Of a stretch of DNA of 64,000 nucleotides, positions 28,914-40,233 are shown one piece after another. The first letter of the stretch is position 1; every line of letters starts with the position of its first letter. The stretch comes from Synechococcus sp. (GTDB lineage: Bacteria > Cyanobacteriota > Cyanobacteriia > PCC-6307 > Cyanobiaceae), in NCBI GenBank assembly GCA_047285805.1, contig JBJBCN010000002.1, positions 928,001 to 992,000 of the forward strand, in the 5' to 3' direction. The notes under the pieces are model-generated. The model saw nothing but the letters and a program-made list of their open reading frames with translations. It had not been told where the DNA came from and did not search any database. Position numbers and translations under genes: made by a program.

Positions 28914-30515
28914 ATGACCACGCCTGACTCGAGCAAGCCGGGACCGCGCTGGTGGGTCAGTGGCGACCTGGATGGCTTTCTGGGCTTGAGCCTGGACAAC
29001 CTGATCCAGATCCTGTTGATCCTTGGGCTCTGCCGGGGAGTTTTGGGCTACCCCGATGCCCTGGTCTTTGGCACGATCCTCCCCGCCACGGGCATCAGCC
29101 TGCTGATCGGCAATGCCGCCTACGCGCTGCAGGCCTATCGGCTGGCGCAGCGGGAGGGGCGCGATGACCGCACGGCCCTGCCCTATGGCATCAACACGGT
29201 CAGCCTCTTTGCCTACATCTTTTTGGTAATGCTGCCGGTGAAGCTCACCGCCCTCAGCCAGGGCATCGATGAGGCCTCCGCCGTGCGGCTCTCCTGGCAG
29301 GCGGGTCTGGTGGCCTGCCTGGGCTCCGGCTTGATCGAAGCTTGCGGGGCCTTCTGCACCGATTGGCTCAGGCGCTGGCTGCCGCGGGCGGCCCTGCTCT
29401 CCACCCTCGCGGGCATTGCCCTGGGCTACATCGCCTTGGGCTTCCTGCTGCGCACCTATGCCCAACCCCTGGTAGGGCTGGCGGTCTTGGCGGTGATCCT
29501 GGCTACTTATTACGGCAAGGTCCGCTTCCCGATCCCTGGCGGACTGTTGGCGGTGCTGGTGGGCAGCGTCCTGGCCTGGAGCAGTGGATTAATCGACGCC
29601 GATCCCCAGCGCTGGGCCCAGGAGGCGGCCCAGGTCGGCTGGCGCTGGCCCCAGGCGGAGCACGGCAGCCTGTGGGCGGCGCGAGGACAACTGCTGCCCT
29701 GGCTTGGGGTGATCGTGCCGATGGGCCTCTTCAACGTGCTCGGTTCCCTGCAGAACATAGAGAGCGCCGAGGCAGCCGGGGACCGCTACCCCGTGCGCAG
29801 CTCTCTCTTGATCAATGGCCTAGGCACCGTGGTCGCCGCGGGGTTGGGGTCCTGCTTTCCGACCACGATCTACATCGGACATCCCGGCTGGAAAGGGATG
29901 GGGGCCCGCATTGGCTACTCCTGGTTGAACGGGCTGCTGATGGGGGCGGCCTGCCTGCTGGGGCTCTTTGGCATCGTGGGCCAAATCGTGCCCATCGAAG
30001 CTGGGATGGCGATCGTGCTCTACATCGGCCTGGTGATCACCGCCCAGGCCTTTGAAGCCACCCCCCGCGCCCATGCCGCCGCAGTTGCCCTGGGGCTGAT
30101 GCCCGGTCTGGCGGGCTGGGGGGCCCTCCTGATCAAGGCGGGGCTGCGGGCCGGCGGGGCCGGAGGTCCCGACACACCCTTTGGCTCCGAACTGCTGGAG
30201 GGACTGCAGCAGTCCGATGTGTGGGCCGCCGGCGCCTTTGCCTTGGAGCAGGGGCAGATCATCACGGCAATGCTTCTGGCCGCAATGGTCGTCTACGCGA
30301 TCGAGCAACGCTTCAAGGCAGCCTGCCTGACCGCCCTCGTGGCCGCGGCCAGCTCCTGGTTCGGCTTGATCCATGCCTGGCAGTTCAGCGCCAGCGACAC
30401 CAGCCTGAAATTGGGTTGGGGCACCGGGGCGGCCTGGGCCCAGGGCTATCTGGCGATGGCCGTGGTCTTCGCCGCCGCCAGCTGGAGGAGCGGGATCACC
30501 AGAAAAGGCTCATGA
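28914..30515 (+). CDS. NCS2/AzgA-like permease
   Basis: GDLDGFLGL.LDNL, TALPYGINTVS, PTTIYIGHPGWK; many TM helices. Confidence 0.82.
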   Translation: MTTPDSSKPGPRWWVSGDLDGFLGLSLDNLIQILLILGLCRGVLGYPDALVFGTILPATGISLLIGNAAYALQAYRLAQREGRDDRTALPYGINTVSLFAYIFLVMLPVKLTALSQGIDEASAVRLSWQAGLVACLGSGLIEACGAFCTDWLRRWLPRAALLSTLAGIALGYIALGFLLRTYAQPLVGLAVLAVILATYYGKVRFPIPGGLLAVLVGSVLAWSSGLIDADPQRWAQEAAQVGWRWPQAEHGSLWAARGQLLPWLGVIVPMGLFNVLGSLQNIESAEAAGDRYPVRSSLLINGLGTVVAAGLGSCFPTTIYIGHPGWKGMGARIGYSWLNGLLMGAACLLGLFGIVGQIVPIEAGMAIVLYIGLVITAQAFEATPRAHAAAVALGLMPGLAGWGALLIKAGLRAGGAGGPDTPFGSELLEGLQQSDVWAAGAFALEQGQIITAMLLAAMVVYAIEQRFKAACLTALVAAASSWFGLIHAWQFSASDTSLKLGWGTGAAWAQGYLAMAVVFAAASWRSGITRKGS

Positions 30516-31062
30516 TTTCAAGCCGGGCCACCCCCAAGGGGGCCGGCACCGGATTCGGCCCCGCCGGCTGAGCCTTCACGGCAAAGAGATAGGTATCAGC
30601 CCAAGTGGGATTCAGCGGTGGGCGCAGGGCCAGCGTGACCACCTGCCCCGGTTGCGGAGGCTCGGGGAAGACCGCCCGCAGGGTGCGGGTCGCCTGGTCA
30701 AAGGAGGCCTCCACGGGAACGGCAGCCCCTTGCTGGCGGGGGCGGCCGAGAAATGCCCGCGCCCGCTTGGGCGCCAGCGAAAAGGTGCGATCTACGCCGC
30801 GGGTCTGGGTGATCACCAGCCCTCCCAAACCGGCCCCGGCGTTCTCGGAAAGGGTGATCGTGAAGTAGTACTGCCCTTGGGCCTGGTTGACGTACCAGTT
30901 GTAGTTGGTGAAATCCACCTTCCAGGGCGGATTCGTGAAGGAGGTCTGCCCCCGGAGCTCAAGAGCCGAAGCGGGTTCCGGCCGAAGGCCATCAGCCACC
31001 CCGGAGAGAAGCAAACCCAGCGCTGTGCAAGCGGCAGCCGCTGACGCTCTCCAAGCGGCCAT
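30496..31062 (-). CDS. DUF2808 family secreted protein
   Basis: Signal peptide; YYFTI, FPEPPQPGQVV, NP...TYLF. Confidence 0.75.
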   Translation of the reverse strand: MAAWRASAAAACTALGLLLSGVADGLRPEPASALELRGQTSFTNPPWKVDFTNYNWYVNQAQGQYYFTITLSENAGAGLGGLVITQTRGVDRTFSLAPKRARAFLGRPRQQGAAVPVEASFDQATRTLRAVFPEPPQPGQVVTLALRPPLNPTWADTYLFAVKAQPAGPNPVPAPLGVARLEIMSLFW

Positions 31063-31145
31063 AGCAGCATTGATGTGGATGGTTGAACGCTAGCCAGCGT
31101 TTTTGAAAGCAGTTGATATCTTCAAAAGGACTGCAGCGCTCCTCG

Positions 31146-31319
31146 ATGAACCGGGCTGAACTCGATGCCATCGAACTGATGCTGCGTGATCTGAACACCC
31201 GCCACGAAGAGATTCGCCACCGGGCTGCCTTCCGCGGCTGCACCCGCGAATTGGTTGTGCTGCAACAGGAACTCGTGCAGTACCTGATGGACAAAAAAGC
31301 CGCAATCAGCGGCCGTTAG
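31146..31319 (+). CDS. Small hypothetical protein
   Basis: Compact helical 57-aa ORF with host-like codons between convergent genes. Confidence 0.6.
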   Translation: MNRAELDAIELMLRDLNTRHEEIRHRAAFRGCTRELVVLQQELVQYLMDKKAAISGR

Positions 31320-32572
31320 GCCTCGAGGACGAAGGGAACCGGGTTCTGATCGCGGCGGTGCTGAACCGGCAGAGGAGCAGGTTGCTCCTGGCCGTCAAGT
31401 GCGGCCGTGGCCTCAAGGACACCACGCAGCGCGCGAGCGGCATGCAAAGACATGTCCCGCGGCACCGAGATGCGATCCCGCAGATACCGCAGCCCCACCG
31501 CCGTGCCGGTCGGAGGAGTGATCGCTCCGTTCTTGGGCTTGAGCAGCATGGTTAAGGCCGAACGTAGGGCTTGATCCAGGGCCGGACCCGACGAAGGATT
31601 CACCGCCATAAGCCGCTCTCGGTGCCGCAGCACCCGCGCGACCGCCTCAATCTGGGCACCCTCGGGCCGCTCCTGTCGAGTTTCGATCACCGCCTGATCC
31701 GCCACGGGCCAGGGCCCCTGATCGATCAGCTGGGCAACGCGCCGTTGCTCGGCGCCACCACTCGCCAAGCAACAGCCCATCTGCGGCGGCAGGTCATGGG
31801 CATGGGTGTGGAAATCGCTTTGGGTGCCCAGGTAGGTGAGGCGCTGCTCGAGGGCCGTGAACCAGCGATCGATGGCGGGGTGCTGCTGACGGATCCCGTA
31901 GCCCTTGTAATAGGCGAGGGAGGCGTTCATCCGCTCGAGGTAGGGGATGAAGATCACATCGGCGCTGCTGAAGCGCTCTAGAAAGAACGGACCAGGTGCC
32001 GCCTCCAGGGCCTCCTCCACCAAGCCGGCGATCCGCGCGAAATGCTGCTCCGCTGGTGCGCTACGGGGCCCCTCGCCATCGCAGTAGCAAAGCCACTGAC
32101 ACCAGGCGCGAAAAAGACGCCGCTCGAGCTGCCTCAGTTGAAAAACATCGGGATCGCTCAGTGTGGCTTCGAGGGGCCCGAAGGCATCTTCAAGGGCCTG
32201 CAGGATCACATCGCTCTCGGTGTAGAGCCGGCCATCGAGCTCTAGAGCCGGGAGCATCCCGGAGGGCACCACCTGCTCGTACCAGCGCTCCTTCTCGCCG
32301 TAGCAGAACATCGTGACCTTGCGGATCCGATAGGGAATCCGCTTCTCCTCAAGCCAAAGCCAGACTTTCTGGCAGTAGGGGCACCAGGCGTGATGATCGC
32401 GGTAGAGGGTGACACGCACCTCCGACTCCGGCCGGCCAAACAGCCTCAAGCGCGCCTGGGCATTGGTGGGACCCTCCTGGCGCAGCTGCAGCAGTTGCGC
32501 TTCGCTCTGCAGGGGCAGCAGTTCAGCGAGGTCGTCCCAGCTCAGTGCTTGCGGGCCCTGGGAGCTGAACAT
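31316..32572 (-). CDS. Glutathione S-transferase family protein (CPYC active site)
   Basis: YRDHHAWCPYCQKV, GMLPALELDG..TESD. Confidence 0.9.
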   Translation of the reverse strand: MFSSQGPQALSWDDLAELLPLQSEAQLLQLRQEGPTNAQARLRLFGRPESEVRVTLYRDHHAWCPYCQKVWLWLEEKRIPYRIRKVTMFCYGEKERWYEQVVPSGMLPALELDGRLYTESDVILQALEDAFGPLEATLSDPDVFQLRQLERRLFRAWCQWLCYCDGEGPRSAPAEQHFARIAGLVEEALEAAPGPFFLERFSSADVIFIPYLERMNASLAYYKGYGIRQQHPAIDRWFTALEQRLTYLGTQSDFHTHAHDLPPQMGCCLASGGAEQRRVAQLIDQGPWPVADQAVIETRQERPEGAQIEAVARVLRHRERLMAVNPSSGPALDQALRSALTMLLKPKNGAITPPTGTAVGLRYLRDRISVPRDMSLHAARALRGVLEATAALDGQEQPAPLPVQHRRDQNPVPFVLEA

Positions 32573-32665
32573 CAAAGAGAGGGCGGGACGGTTCACTGTT
32601 TTAGGGAATCACGGCGGCAGCTCGGGCCCCTCTAGGCAACACTTGGAGCAGGCAAGGGCGATGGC

Positions 32666-34027
32666 ATGAGCGACCACTTCGATCTGATCGTGATCGGGGC
32701 CGGATCTGGAGGACTCGCCGCCGCCAAGCGAGCCGCGTCCTACGGCGCCCGTGTCGCCATCGTCGAAGGGGACCGGGTGGGCGGCACCTGCGTCATCCGC
32801 GGTTGCGTCCCCAAAAAACTGATGGTCTACGGCTCCGCCGTCCGCCATCAATTGAGCGATGCCGCGAGCTACGGCTGGAGCATCGGTGCGATCAGGCATG
32901 ACAGCAGCGTGCTGCTCAGCAAGGTGCGCGCGGAGGTGGATCGCCTGAACCAACTGCACATCGGCTTCCTCGAGAAAGCGGGGGTGGAGTTGGTGCTTGG
33001 CTGGGGACGATTGGCCGATGAGCGCACGGTGAGCGTGCAGGACAGCACTGGCAGCGAAACGCGGCGACTGACGGCCGAGCGAATCTTGATCGCCGTCGGC
33101 GGCCGGCCCCATCGCCCCGAGATTCCAGGGGCCGAGCTGGGCTGGGTCAGTGACGACCTGTTCAAGCTGCCGCAGTTCCCGAAGGAGGTCGTCATCGTCG
33201 GTGCCGGCTTCATCGCCTGTGAGTTCGCCTGCATCCTCAATGGCTTGGGCGTGAAGGTCACCCAACTGGTGCGCGGCGATCACCTGCTGCGGGGCTTCGA
33301 TCGGGAATGCGGGCTGGCGGTACAGGAGGCGATGGAGGCCGAAGGCATATCGGTCCGCTTGGCACACAGCCCCGCCGCCATCGAAGGCGAGCTGGGGGCA
33401 TTGACGGTGGTAACCCTGAGCGGCGAGCGCATCGCCTGCAACGGCGTGCTGCTGGCGACAGGCCGCCGCCCCTTCCTGGCGGGGCTGAACCTCGAAGCTG
33501 CCGGCGTCGCGGTAGAAGGCCACCGCATTCCGGTCGATTCGGACCAGCGCACCAACGTGCTCCACATCTACGCCGTAGGAGACGTCACGGACCGGATCAA
33601 CCTGACACCGGTTGCCATTGACGAGGGCCGGGCCCTGGCGGACACGATCTGGGGCAATAAACCCCGCCAGGTGGACCATGACCTGGTGGCCGCTGCGGTC
33701 TTCTCCCAGCCGGAGCTTTCTAGCGTGGGCCTCAGCGAGGAGGCCGCGATCGCGCGCTTTGGCCCTGATGGCGTCAAGATCCATCGGGCCCGCTTCCGGC
33801 CGATGAGCCAGGCCCTGCCAGCCCGCGATCCCAAGGTGCTGCTGAAGCTCGTGCTCGAGGCCGACAGCGACAAGGTGGTGGGCTGTCACATGGTCGGCGA
33901 GCACGCCGCCGAGATCATTCAGATGGCAGCAATCGCGATCGGCATGGGGGCCACCAAGGCCGATTTCGACCGCACGATGGCGCTGCATCCGACGATCTCC
34001 GAAGAGTTCGTCACCCTGCCCAACTAA
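32666..34027 (+). CDS. gor: Glutathione reductase
   Basis: GAGSGG, GGTCVIRGCVPKK, LHPTISEEFV. Confidence 0.96.
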   Translation: MSDHFDLIVIGAGSGGLAAAKRAASYGARVAIVEGDRVGGTCVIRGCVPKKLMVYGSAVRHQLSDAASYGWSIGAIRHDSSVLLSKVRAEVDRLNQLHIGFLEKAGVELVLGWGRLADERTVSVQDSTGSETRRLTAERILIAVGGRPHRPEIPGAELGWVSDDLFKLPQFPKEVVIVGAGFIACEFACILNGLGVKVTQLVRGDHLLRGFDRECGLAVQEAMEAEGISVRLAHSPAAIEGELGALTVVTLSGERIACNGVLLATGRRPFLAGLNLEAAGVAVEGHRIPVDSDQRTNVLHIYAVGDVTDRINLTPVAIDEGRALADTIWGNKPRQVDHDLVAAAVFSQPELSSVGLSEEAAIARFGPDGVKIHRARFRPMSQALPARDPKVLLKLVLEADSDKVVGCHMVGEHAAEIIQMAAIAIGMGATKADFDRTMALHPTISEEFVTLPN

Positions 34028-34031
34028 GGCG

Positions 34032-34739
34032 ATGCGCACACTCTTAATCAGCGGCGCCAGCCGCGGTATCGGCCGGGCCATGGCGGAGCGGCTCTTGAGC
34101 GATGGCCATCGGTTGAGCTTGGGCCTGCGCAAACCGGACGATCTCAAGGGCAGCCCCCTAGACCCTGAGCGGGCCGGAGCCGATCGCGTCCTGCTGCATC
34201 CCTATGACGCAGCGGTGCCCAGCGATGCCGAAGCCTTGGTGCAGGCGACGTTGGAGCACTTCGGGGAATACGACAGCGTGATCCACTGCGCGGGGATCTT
34301 CTCGCGGGTGCCCGTTGTCTTTGAGAACGGGCAAGAGGAGGAGATCCAGCGCCTCTTCGACGTCAATGTGATGGGTCCCTGGTGGCTGACCCGTGCCGCC
34401 TGGCCGCAGCTGGCCGCCCATGGCTCCGGCCGAATCGTCGTGCTGGTGTCGATGAGCGGCAAACGCACCAAGGGACTACTGGCGGCCTACAGCACCAGCA
34501 AGTTCGCCTTGATGGGGCTCTGCCAGACGATGCGCAATGAGGGGTGGGAGAGCGGCATTCGCGTCACAGCGATCTGCCCGAGTTGGGTCAACACCGACAT
34601 GGCCGCCGCCGTGAAAGCGTTGCCGCCCGAGCAGATGACACAAAGCGAAGACATCGCCGCCCTAACCAGCAAGCTGCTCGAGCAACCCAACAGCTGCGTG
34701 CCCTTTGAGCTAGCTCTGAACTGCAACCTCGAGGCTTAG
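34032..34739 (+). CDS. Short-chain dehydrogenase/reductase
   Basis: SGASRGIG, YSTSK catalytic motif. Confidence 0.92.
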   Translation: MRTLLISGASRGIGRAMAERLLSDGHRLSLGLRKPDDLKGSPLDPERAGADRVLLHPYDAAVPSDAEALVQATLEHFGEYDSVIHCAGIFSRVPVVFENGQEEEIQRLFDVNVMGPWWLTRAAWPQLAAHGSGRIVVLVSMSGKRTKGLLAAYSTSKFALMGLCQTMRNEGWESGIRVTAICPSWVNTDMAAAVKALPPEQMTQSEDIAALTSKLLEQPNSCVPFELALNCNLEA

Positions 34740-36061
34740 CGCTCGAAGGTGTACTCGCGGGTCAGCTGGAAGACCGTGCCGCTCAGCAGGAGCAGGGCGA
34801 TTAGGTTAGGCAGAGCCATCAGACCATTGAGGGTGTCAGCCAACCCCCAGACCACACCGCGGTCACCAGCGACGGAACCAATCACCACGACCGCCACCCA
34901 AACGAAGCGGAAGGGCTTGATCGCCCGCTCACCAAACAGAAATTCGGTGCAGCGCTCGCCGTAGAAGCTCCAGCCCAGGACCGTGGTGAAGGCAAAGATC
35001 ACCAGGCCGGCCGTGACGACCCAACCGGAGCCGCTCAGTCCGGTGTTGAAGGCCAGGATCGAGAGGTTGGCCCCCGACTCGCCACTTCCAGAGACACCCG
35101 TGGTGATGATCACCAGGGCCGTCATCGTGCAGATGATCAGGGTGTCGATCACCGTGCCGAGCATCGCCACCGTGCCCTGACGAACCGGGTCATTAGTGCG
35201 GGCCGCAGCATGGGCGATTGGAGCACTGCCCAGCCCAGCTTCATTGGAGAAGATTCCGCGCTTGAAGCCCATCAGCACCACCTGACCGAAGGCACCACCG
35301 GCGGCCGCCTGGCCGTTGAAGGCATTGGCAAAGATCGTGCCGAAAGCGCTGGGCACCTCACTGACGTTGAGGCCCAAAACCACCAGGCAGGCCAAGACAT
35401 AAAGAATGGACATCGCCGGCACCAGGGCAGAAGCCGCCTGGGAAATCCGATTAATGCCGCCAATGATCACGGCAAAGACCAGACCACCCAGGACCAAGCC
35501 CGTGGCCACCCGGGGTATACCCGCCGCGGCCAGGGCGCTGGAGACCTCAAAGCACTGCACCCCATTGCCGATGCCAAAGCCCGCCAACATGCCGAAGAGG
35601 GCAAAGAGCACGGCCAACCACTGCCAATTAGAGCCCAGGCCATTGCGGATGTAGTACATCGGGCCGCCGACGTGGTTTCCCAAACCGTCGACTTCCCTGT
35701 AGCGAACGGCGAGTACTGCCTCGGCATATTTCGTGGCAATGCCGAAGACGGCGATCACCCACATCCAAAAGACGGCACCCGGACCACCGATAGCGATCGC
35801 TCCAGCGACCCCGGCAATGTTGCCCGTGCCGATCGTGGCGGCAAGAGACGTCATCAAGGCGCCGAAGGCGCTGATGTCTCCCGCTTCTCCAGCCTCAGCG
35901 GGTTTGGCGAGCATGCGCACGCCATAACCGATGCGCTGCAGGGGCATCAAGCGCAGCCCCAGCATCAGCACGATGCCGGTGACTGCGATCAACGTGACCA
36001 TCGGCCAGCCCCAAACCACCCCGTTAATCGGGTCGTTGATGGCCTTAATGAGCTGTTCCAT
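34736..36061 (-). CDS. agcS: Alanine/glycine:cation symporter
   Basis: ATIGTGNIAGVA, GGPMYYI, RGIFSNEAGLGS. Confidence 0.93.
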   Translation of the reverse strand: MEQLIKAINDPINGVVWGWPMVTLIAVTGIVLMLGLRLMPLQRIGYGVRMLAKPAEAGEAGDISAFGALMTSLAATIGTGNIAGVAGAIAIGGPGAVFWMWVIAVFGIATKYAEAVLAVRYREVDGLGNHVGGPMYYIRNGLGSNWQWLAVLFALFGMLAGFGIGNGVQCFEVSSALAAAGIPRVATGLVLGGLVFAVIIGGINRISQAASALVPAMSILYVLACLVVLGLNVSEVPSAFGTIFANAFNGQAAAGGAFGQVVLMGFKRGIFSNEAGLGSAPIAHAAARTNDPVRQGTVAMLGTVIDTLIICTMTALVIITTGVSGSGESGANLSILAFNTGLSGSGWVVTAGLVIFAFTTVLGWSFYGERCTEFLFGERAIKPFRFVWVAVVVIGSVAGDRGVVWGLADTLNGLMALPNLIALLLLSGTVFQLTREYTFER

Positions 36062-36095
36062 TCATCGCCAGAGGATCTGGTGATGGTGGCACGAT

Positions 36096-36770
36096 TCAGG
36101 CGGGGGTCAGGGCTTCGAAACGGAAGACCTGACGACCGGCAGGGGTGTCACCGGAGGCCTCGGTTTCCACCACCCGCTCGCTCAGCACCCAGGGGCCTTC
36201 ACCGGCCAAGGGAACGAAGCTGTCGGTGAAGGTGCTCTTCCCGCCGCGGGCAGCGCCGCTGGCGGGATCGGCGTATTGGCTGGTGTAGGTGTGGCTCAGA
36301 TAACCACTACCGGTGTCAGTAGTGCTTTTGGTGAAGATCGTCACCACGGTTCCGTGGATGTGGCGGTGCACCATCGTCACCACGTCGTCCTTGATCCGGT
36401 AGCGGTCGCCGGCGTTCTTGCCGCCCACGATCACCTCGGTGCCCACCTCATCGGTCTCGCCGGCAGTGAAGGTGTTCTCGCCGTGGGTCTGCTCGAAGCT
36501 GCGGCGAACCCGGTGGATGCAGACCTCCCAGAGCTGGGAGGAAATCGCCTTGTGGATCTCCTCGTTCTCGATGCCCTCCACCTGGGCCTTGAGGTCAGCG
36601 CCCACCTTGAAGCTGCCTTCCACGCGCTGGTCATCCTGTTCCCAGACGCAGCAGCCGTTGTAGCCGGCAAAGCCAGGAGCCCAGGTGTAGCGGTTTTCGT
36701 AGGCCGCCCGGAATGCGGCCGTGCAGTCGGAGCCAGAGCTAACCGGAGCAGAGCTAGGAGCGACGGTCAC
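36096..36770 (-). CDS. DUF3386 family protein
   Basis: FRAAYENRYTW, IHRVRRSFEQTHG. Confidence 0.85.
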   Translation of the reverse strand: MTVAPSSAPVSSGSDCTAAFRAAYENRYTWAPGFAGYNGCCVWEQDDQRVEGSFKVGADLKAQVEGIENEEIHKAISSQLWEVCIHRVRRSFEQTHGENTFTAGETDEVGTEVIVGGKNAGDRYRIKDDVVTMVHRHIHGTVVTIFTKSTTDTGSGYLSHTYTSQYADPASGAARGGKSTFTDSFVPLAGEGPWVLSERVVETEASGDTPAGRQVFRFEALTPA

Positions 36771-36815
36771 GGCAAGGGATTCAGCTGTTGTATCACCCTA
36801 CGGGGCAAGTACCCC

Positions 36816-39800
36816 CTAGCCGTGGATGTCTTGCAGAGCACGTACCTGCATCTGCTGGGCCTGGAGGGCGGTGATGCCTTCCACCGCGGCGCGAGCACCG
36901 GCCAGGGTCGTGACGGTCGTCACGGCGTAGTCGATCGCCGCGCGGCGCAAGTATTTGTCATCGTATACAGCCTGACGACCGACGGGGGTGTTGATCACCA
37001 GCTGGATCTCACCGGAGCGGATCGCGTCCTCGATGTTCGGGCGACCCTCGTGCACCTTCAGCACGGTCTCAACCTTGAGCCCCGCCGCCGCGAGGGCGCG
37101 GGCGGTGCCTTCGGTGGCCACCAGGTGGAAGCCCATCTGATCCAAGTGCTGGGCGACGGGCAGCAGGGCTGACTTGTCGCGGTCATGGGTCGAGAGGAAG
37201 ACCGTGCCACTGGTGGGCAGGGCCTCACTGGCCCCCAGTTCCGCCTTGGCGTAGGCCAGGCCAAAGCTGGTGGCGGTGCCCATCACCTCTCCGGTGCTGC
37301 GCATCTCGGGACCCAGGATCGAGTCAGCGCCGGGGAAGCGCTTGAAGGGGAGCACCGCCTCCTTCACCGCCTGCAGGGGAGGCTTGGGCTCGCTGGTCAG
37401 ACCGATTTGCTCGAGGGTTTTGCCGGACATGATCCGGCTGGCGATCTTGGCCAGGGGGGCGCCGGTGGCCTTTGCCACGAACGGCACCGTGCGGGAGGCG
37501 CGGGGGTTCGCCTCAATGATGTACACGAGGCCGTCCTTGATGGCGAACTGAAGGTTGATTAGTCCGTTGACCTGAAGGGCCAAGGCCAGGGCCTCACTCC
37601 ACTGGTGGATCGTCGTGAGGACCTCCTGCTCCAGGCTCACCGAAGGCAGGGCACAAGCGGAGTCACCGGAGTGGACGCCGGCCGGTTCGATGTGCTCCAT
37701 CAGACCGCCGATGACCACCTTGCCGGTGCCATCGCAGAGGGCATCGACATCCACCTCGGTGGCGTTCTCGAGGTACTGGTCAATCAGGACCGGGTGATCC
37801 GGCTCGACGTTCACCGCTTCGTTCATGTAGCGGTTGAGCTCGTCTTCGCCATAGACCACCTCCATGGCCCGGCCCCCCAGGACATAACTGGGGCGCACGA
37901 CCACGGGATAGCCAACGCGCTCGGCCACCACACGGGCCTCGGCCTCACTGCGGGCCAGGCCATTGCGGGGCTGTCGGATGTCGAGGCGCCGCAGGATCGC
38001 TTCGAACTGCTCGCGGTCCTCCGCGGTGTCGATCGATTCCGGCGAAGTGCCCCAGATGCGGGTACCCGTGGCCTGACCGGCGGGGGACTGCAGCCAATGC
38101 AGCAACGGAATCGCCAACTTCAGCGGGGTCTGACCACCAAATTGAACGATCACGCCCTCGGGCTTCTCCGCCTCGATGACGTTCAGCACATCCTCAAAGG
38201 TGAGGGGCTCGAAATAGAGGCGATCCGAGATGTCGTAGTCGGTGGAGACCGTCTCCGGATTGGAGTTCACCATCACCGTGGCGAACCCTTCCTCCTGCAA
38301 CGCGAAGGAGGCGTGGACGCAGCAGTAGTCGAACTCGATGCCCTGACCGATGCGGTTCGGGCCGCCCCCCAGGATCATCACCTTGCGGCGAGACTCCGGC
38401 TGGACCTCGGATTCGGGGGGCACCAGCTCCAGGCTGCCGTCGGCCCGCAGCCGCTCCATCGTCCGCTCGTAGGTCGCGTAGTGATAAGGCGTGCTGGAGG
38501 CGAACTCCGCCGCGCATGTGTCCACGGTCTTAAAGACCGCGTTCACGCCCAGACCTTGGCGATGGCTGCGCACCTCGAGCTCCTTGCTGCCAGTGGCCCA
38601 GGCGATCTGGCGATCGGAGAACCCGAGTTGCTTGAGCTTCAGCAGCGCCGCGGCATCCAAAGAAGGCAGGCTCTGACCCTTCAGCAGGCGCTCCTCAGCC
38701 GTGATGATCCGGCGCAGCTTGGCCAGGAACCAGGGGTCGATGGCGGAGATCCGATGGATGTCGGCATCGCTATAGCCGTTCACCATCGCGGTGCGCACCG
38801 CAAAGATCCGATCGGGCGCCGGAGTGCGCAGCTCGCGATCGAGCTCGGAGCGCTCCGGGCTGGGGTCCGGGCGGTCGCCACCCCAACCAGAGTGGCCGGT
38901 CTCCAGGGAGCGCAGGGCCTTCTGGAAGGACTCCTCGAAATTGCGACCAATGGCCATGGCCTCGCCCACGGACTTCATAGCCGTGGTCAGCACCGCCGGG
39001 CTGCCCCGGAACTTCTCGAAGGCAAAGCGGGGCACCTTCGTGACCACGTAATCAATCGTGGGTTCGAAGCAGGCCGGGGTCTTGCCGGTGATGTCGTTGT
39101 GGATCTCGTCGAGGGTGTAACCAACTGCCAGACGGGCGGCAATCTTGGCGATCGGGAAACCCGTGGCCTTTGAGGCGAGCGCCGAACTCCGCGAGACGCG
39201 CGGATTCATCTCAATCACTATGACGTCCCCATTAGCGGGGTTGATCGCAAACTGGATGTTGCTACCGCCGGTGTCCACTCCGATCTCGCGGATGATCGCG
39301 ATCGACTGGTCCCGCAAGCGCTGGTATTCGCGGTCCGTAAGGGTCTGCGCCGGCGCCACGGTGATCGAGTCACCGGTGTGCACCCCCATCGGATCGAGGT
39401 TTTCGATCGAGCAGACGATCACGACGTTGTCGGCGGTGTCGCGCATCACCTCCAGTTCGAATTCCTTCCAACCGAGCAGGGACTTCTCGATCAGGATCTG
39501 GCTGACCGGACTGGCGTCGAGGCCGCTCAGGCAAATCGCCCGGAACTCTTCGGGGTTGTAGGCAATACCGCCGCCACTGCCGCCCAGGGTGAATGCGGGG
39601 CGAATGATGCGGGGGTAACTGCCGATCTGGTCGCCGACGGCTTCGGCCTCCTCGAGGGTCGTGGCAATGCCGGAAGGGCAAACATCCACGCCAATGCGGC
39701 CCATGGCCTGTTTAAAGAGGTCCCTGTCTTCTGCCTTCTCTATCGCCTCCAGGTTAGCGCCGATCAACTCAACCCCGTACTTCTCCAGGGTGCCGTCTTT

Positions 39801-40109
39801 GGAGAGGGCCACCGCCAGGTTCAAGGCGGTCTGCCCGCCCATGGTGGGCAGCAAGGCGTCGGGGCGCTCCTGTTCGATTACCCGGCGAACCACGTCCGGG
39901 GTCAAGGGCTCTATGTAAGTGCGATCCGCCATATCCGGATCGGTCATGATTGAGGCAGGATTGCTGTTCACCAGCACCACCTCAAATCTCTCGGCCCGCA
40001 AGGCTTTACACGCCTGGGTTCCCGAATAATCAAATTCGCAGGCCTGTCCGATCACGATCGGGCCAGACCCCAGCAGCAGGATGCGACGCAGATCCGTGCG
40101 ACGGGGCAT
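36816..40109 (-). CDS. carB: Carbamoyl-phosphate synthase large subunit
   Basis: [17 protein letters not shown], duplicated ATP-grasp halves, C-terminal MGS domain. Confidence 0.98.
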   Translation of the reverse strand: MPRRTDLRRILLLGSGPIVIGQACEFDYSGTQACKALRAERFEVVLVNSNPASIMTDPDMADRTYIEPLTPDVVRRVIEQERPDALLPTMGGQTALNLAVALSKDGTLEKYGVELIGANLEAIEKAEDRDLFKQAMGRIGVDVCPSGIATTLEEAEAVGDQIGSYPRIIRPAFTLGGSGGGIAYNPEEFRAICLSGLDASPVSQILIEKSLLGWKEFELEVMRDTADNVVIVCSIENLDPMGVHTGDSITVAPAQTLTDREYQRLRDQSIAIIREIGVDTGGSNIQFAINPANGDVIVIEMNPRVSRSSALASKATGFPIAKIAARLAVGYTLDEIHNDITGKTPACFEPTIDYVVTKVPRFAFEKFRGSPAVLTTAMKSVGEAMAIGRNFEESFQKALRSLETGHSGWGGDRPDPSPERSELDRELRTPAPDRIFAVRTAMVNGYSDADIHRISAIDPWFLAKLRRIITAEERLLKGQSLPSLDAAALLKLKQLGFSDRQIAWATGSKELEVRSHRQGLGVNAVFKTVDTCAAEFASSTPYHYATYERTMERLRADGSLELVPPESEVQPESRRKVMILGGGPNRIGQGIEFDYCCVHASFALQEEGFATVMVNSNPETVSTDYDISDRLYFEPLTFEDVLNVIEAEKPEGVIVQFGGQTPLKLAIPLLHWLQSPAGQATGTRIWGTSPESIDTAEDREQFEAILRRLDIRQPRNGLARSEAEARVVAERVGYPVVVRPSYVLGGRAMEVVYGEDELNRYMNEAVNVEPDHPVLIDQYLENATEVDVDALCDGTGKVVIGGLMEHIEPAGVHSGDSACALPSVSLEQEVLTTIHQWSEALALALQVNGLINLQFAIKDGLVYIIEANPRASRTVPFVAKATGAPLAKIASRIMSGKTLEQIGLTSEPKPPLQAVKEAVLPFKRFPGADSILGPEMRSTGEVMGTATSFGLAYAKAELGASEALPTSGTVFLSTHDRDKSALLPVAQHLDQMGFHLVATEGTARALAAAGLKVETVLKVHEGRPNIEDAIRSGEIQLVINTPVGRQAVYDDKYLRRAAIDYAVTTVTTLAGARAAVEGITALQAQQMQVRALQDIHG

Positions 40110-40233
40110 AGCAGGGGCCGGTAGCCAAACCCATCCAGCCTCTCACGCGATCCAATCGCACCGCTGTTAACCCAGACCCAGTCAAAGATCCAGCCGTGGC
40201 TAGTGTTGTCGGCAACACGCCTGTTGCGTCCCC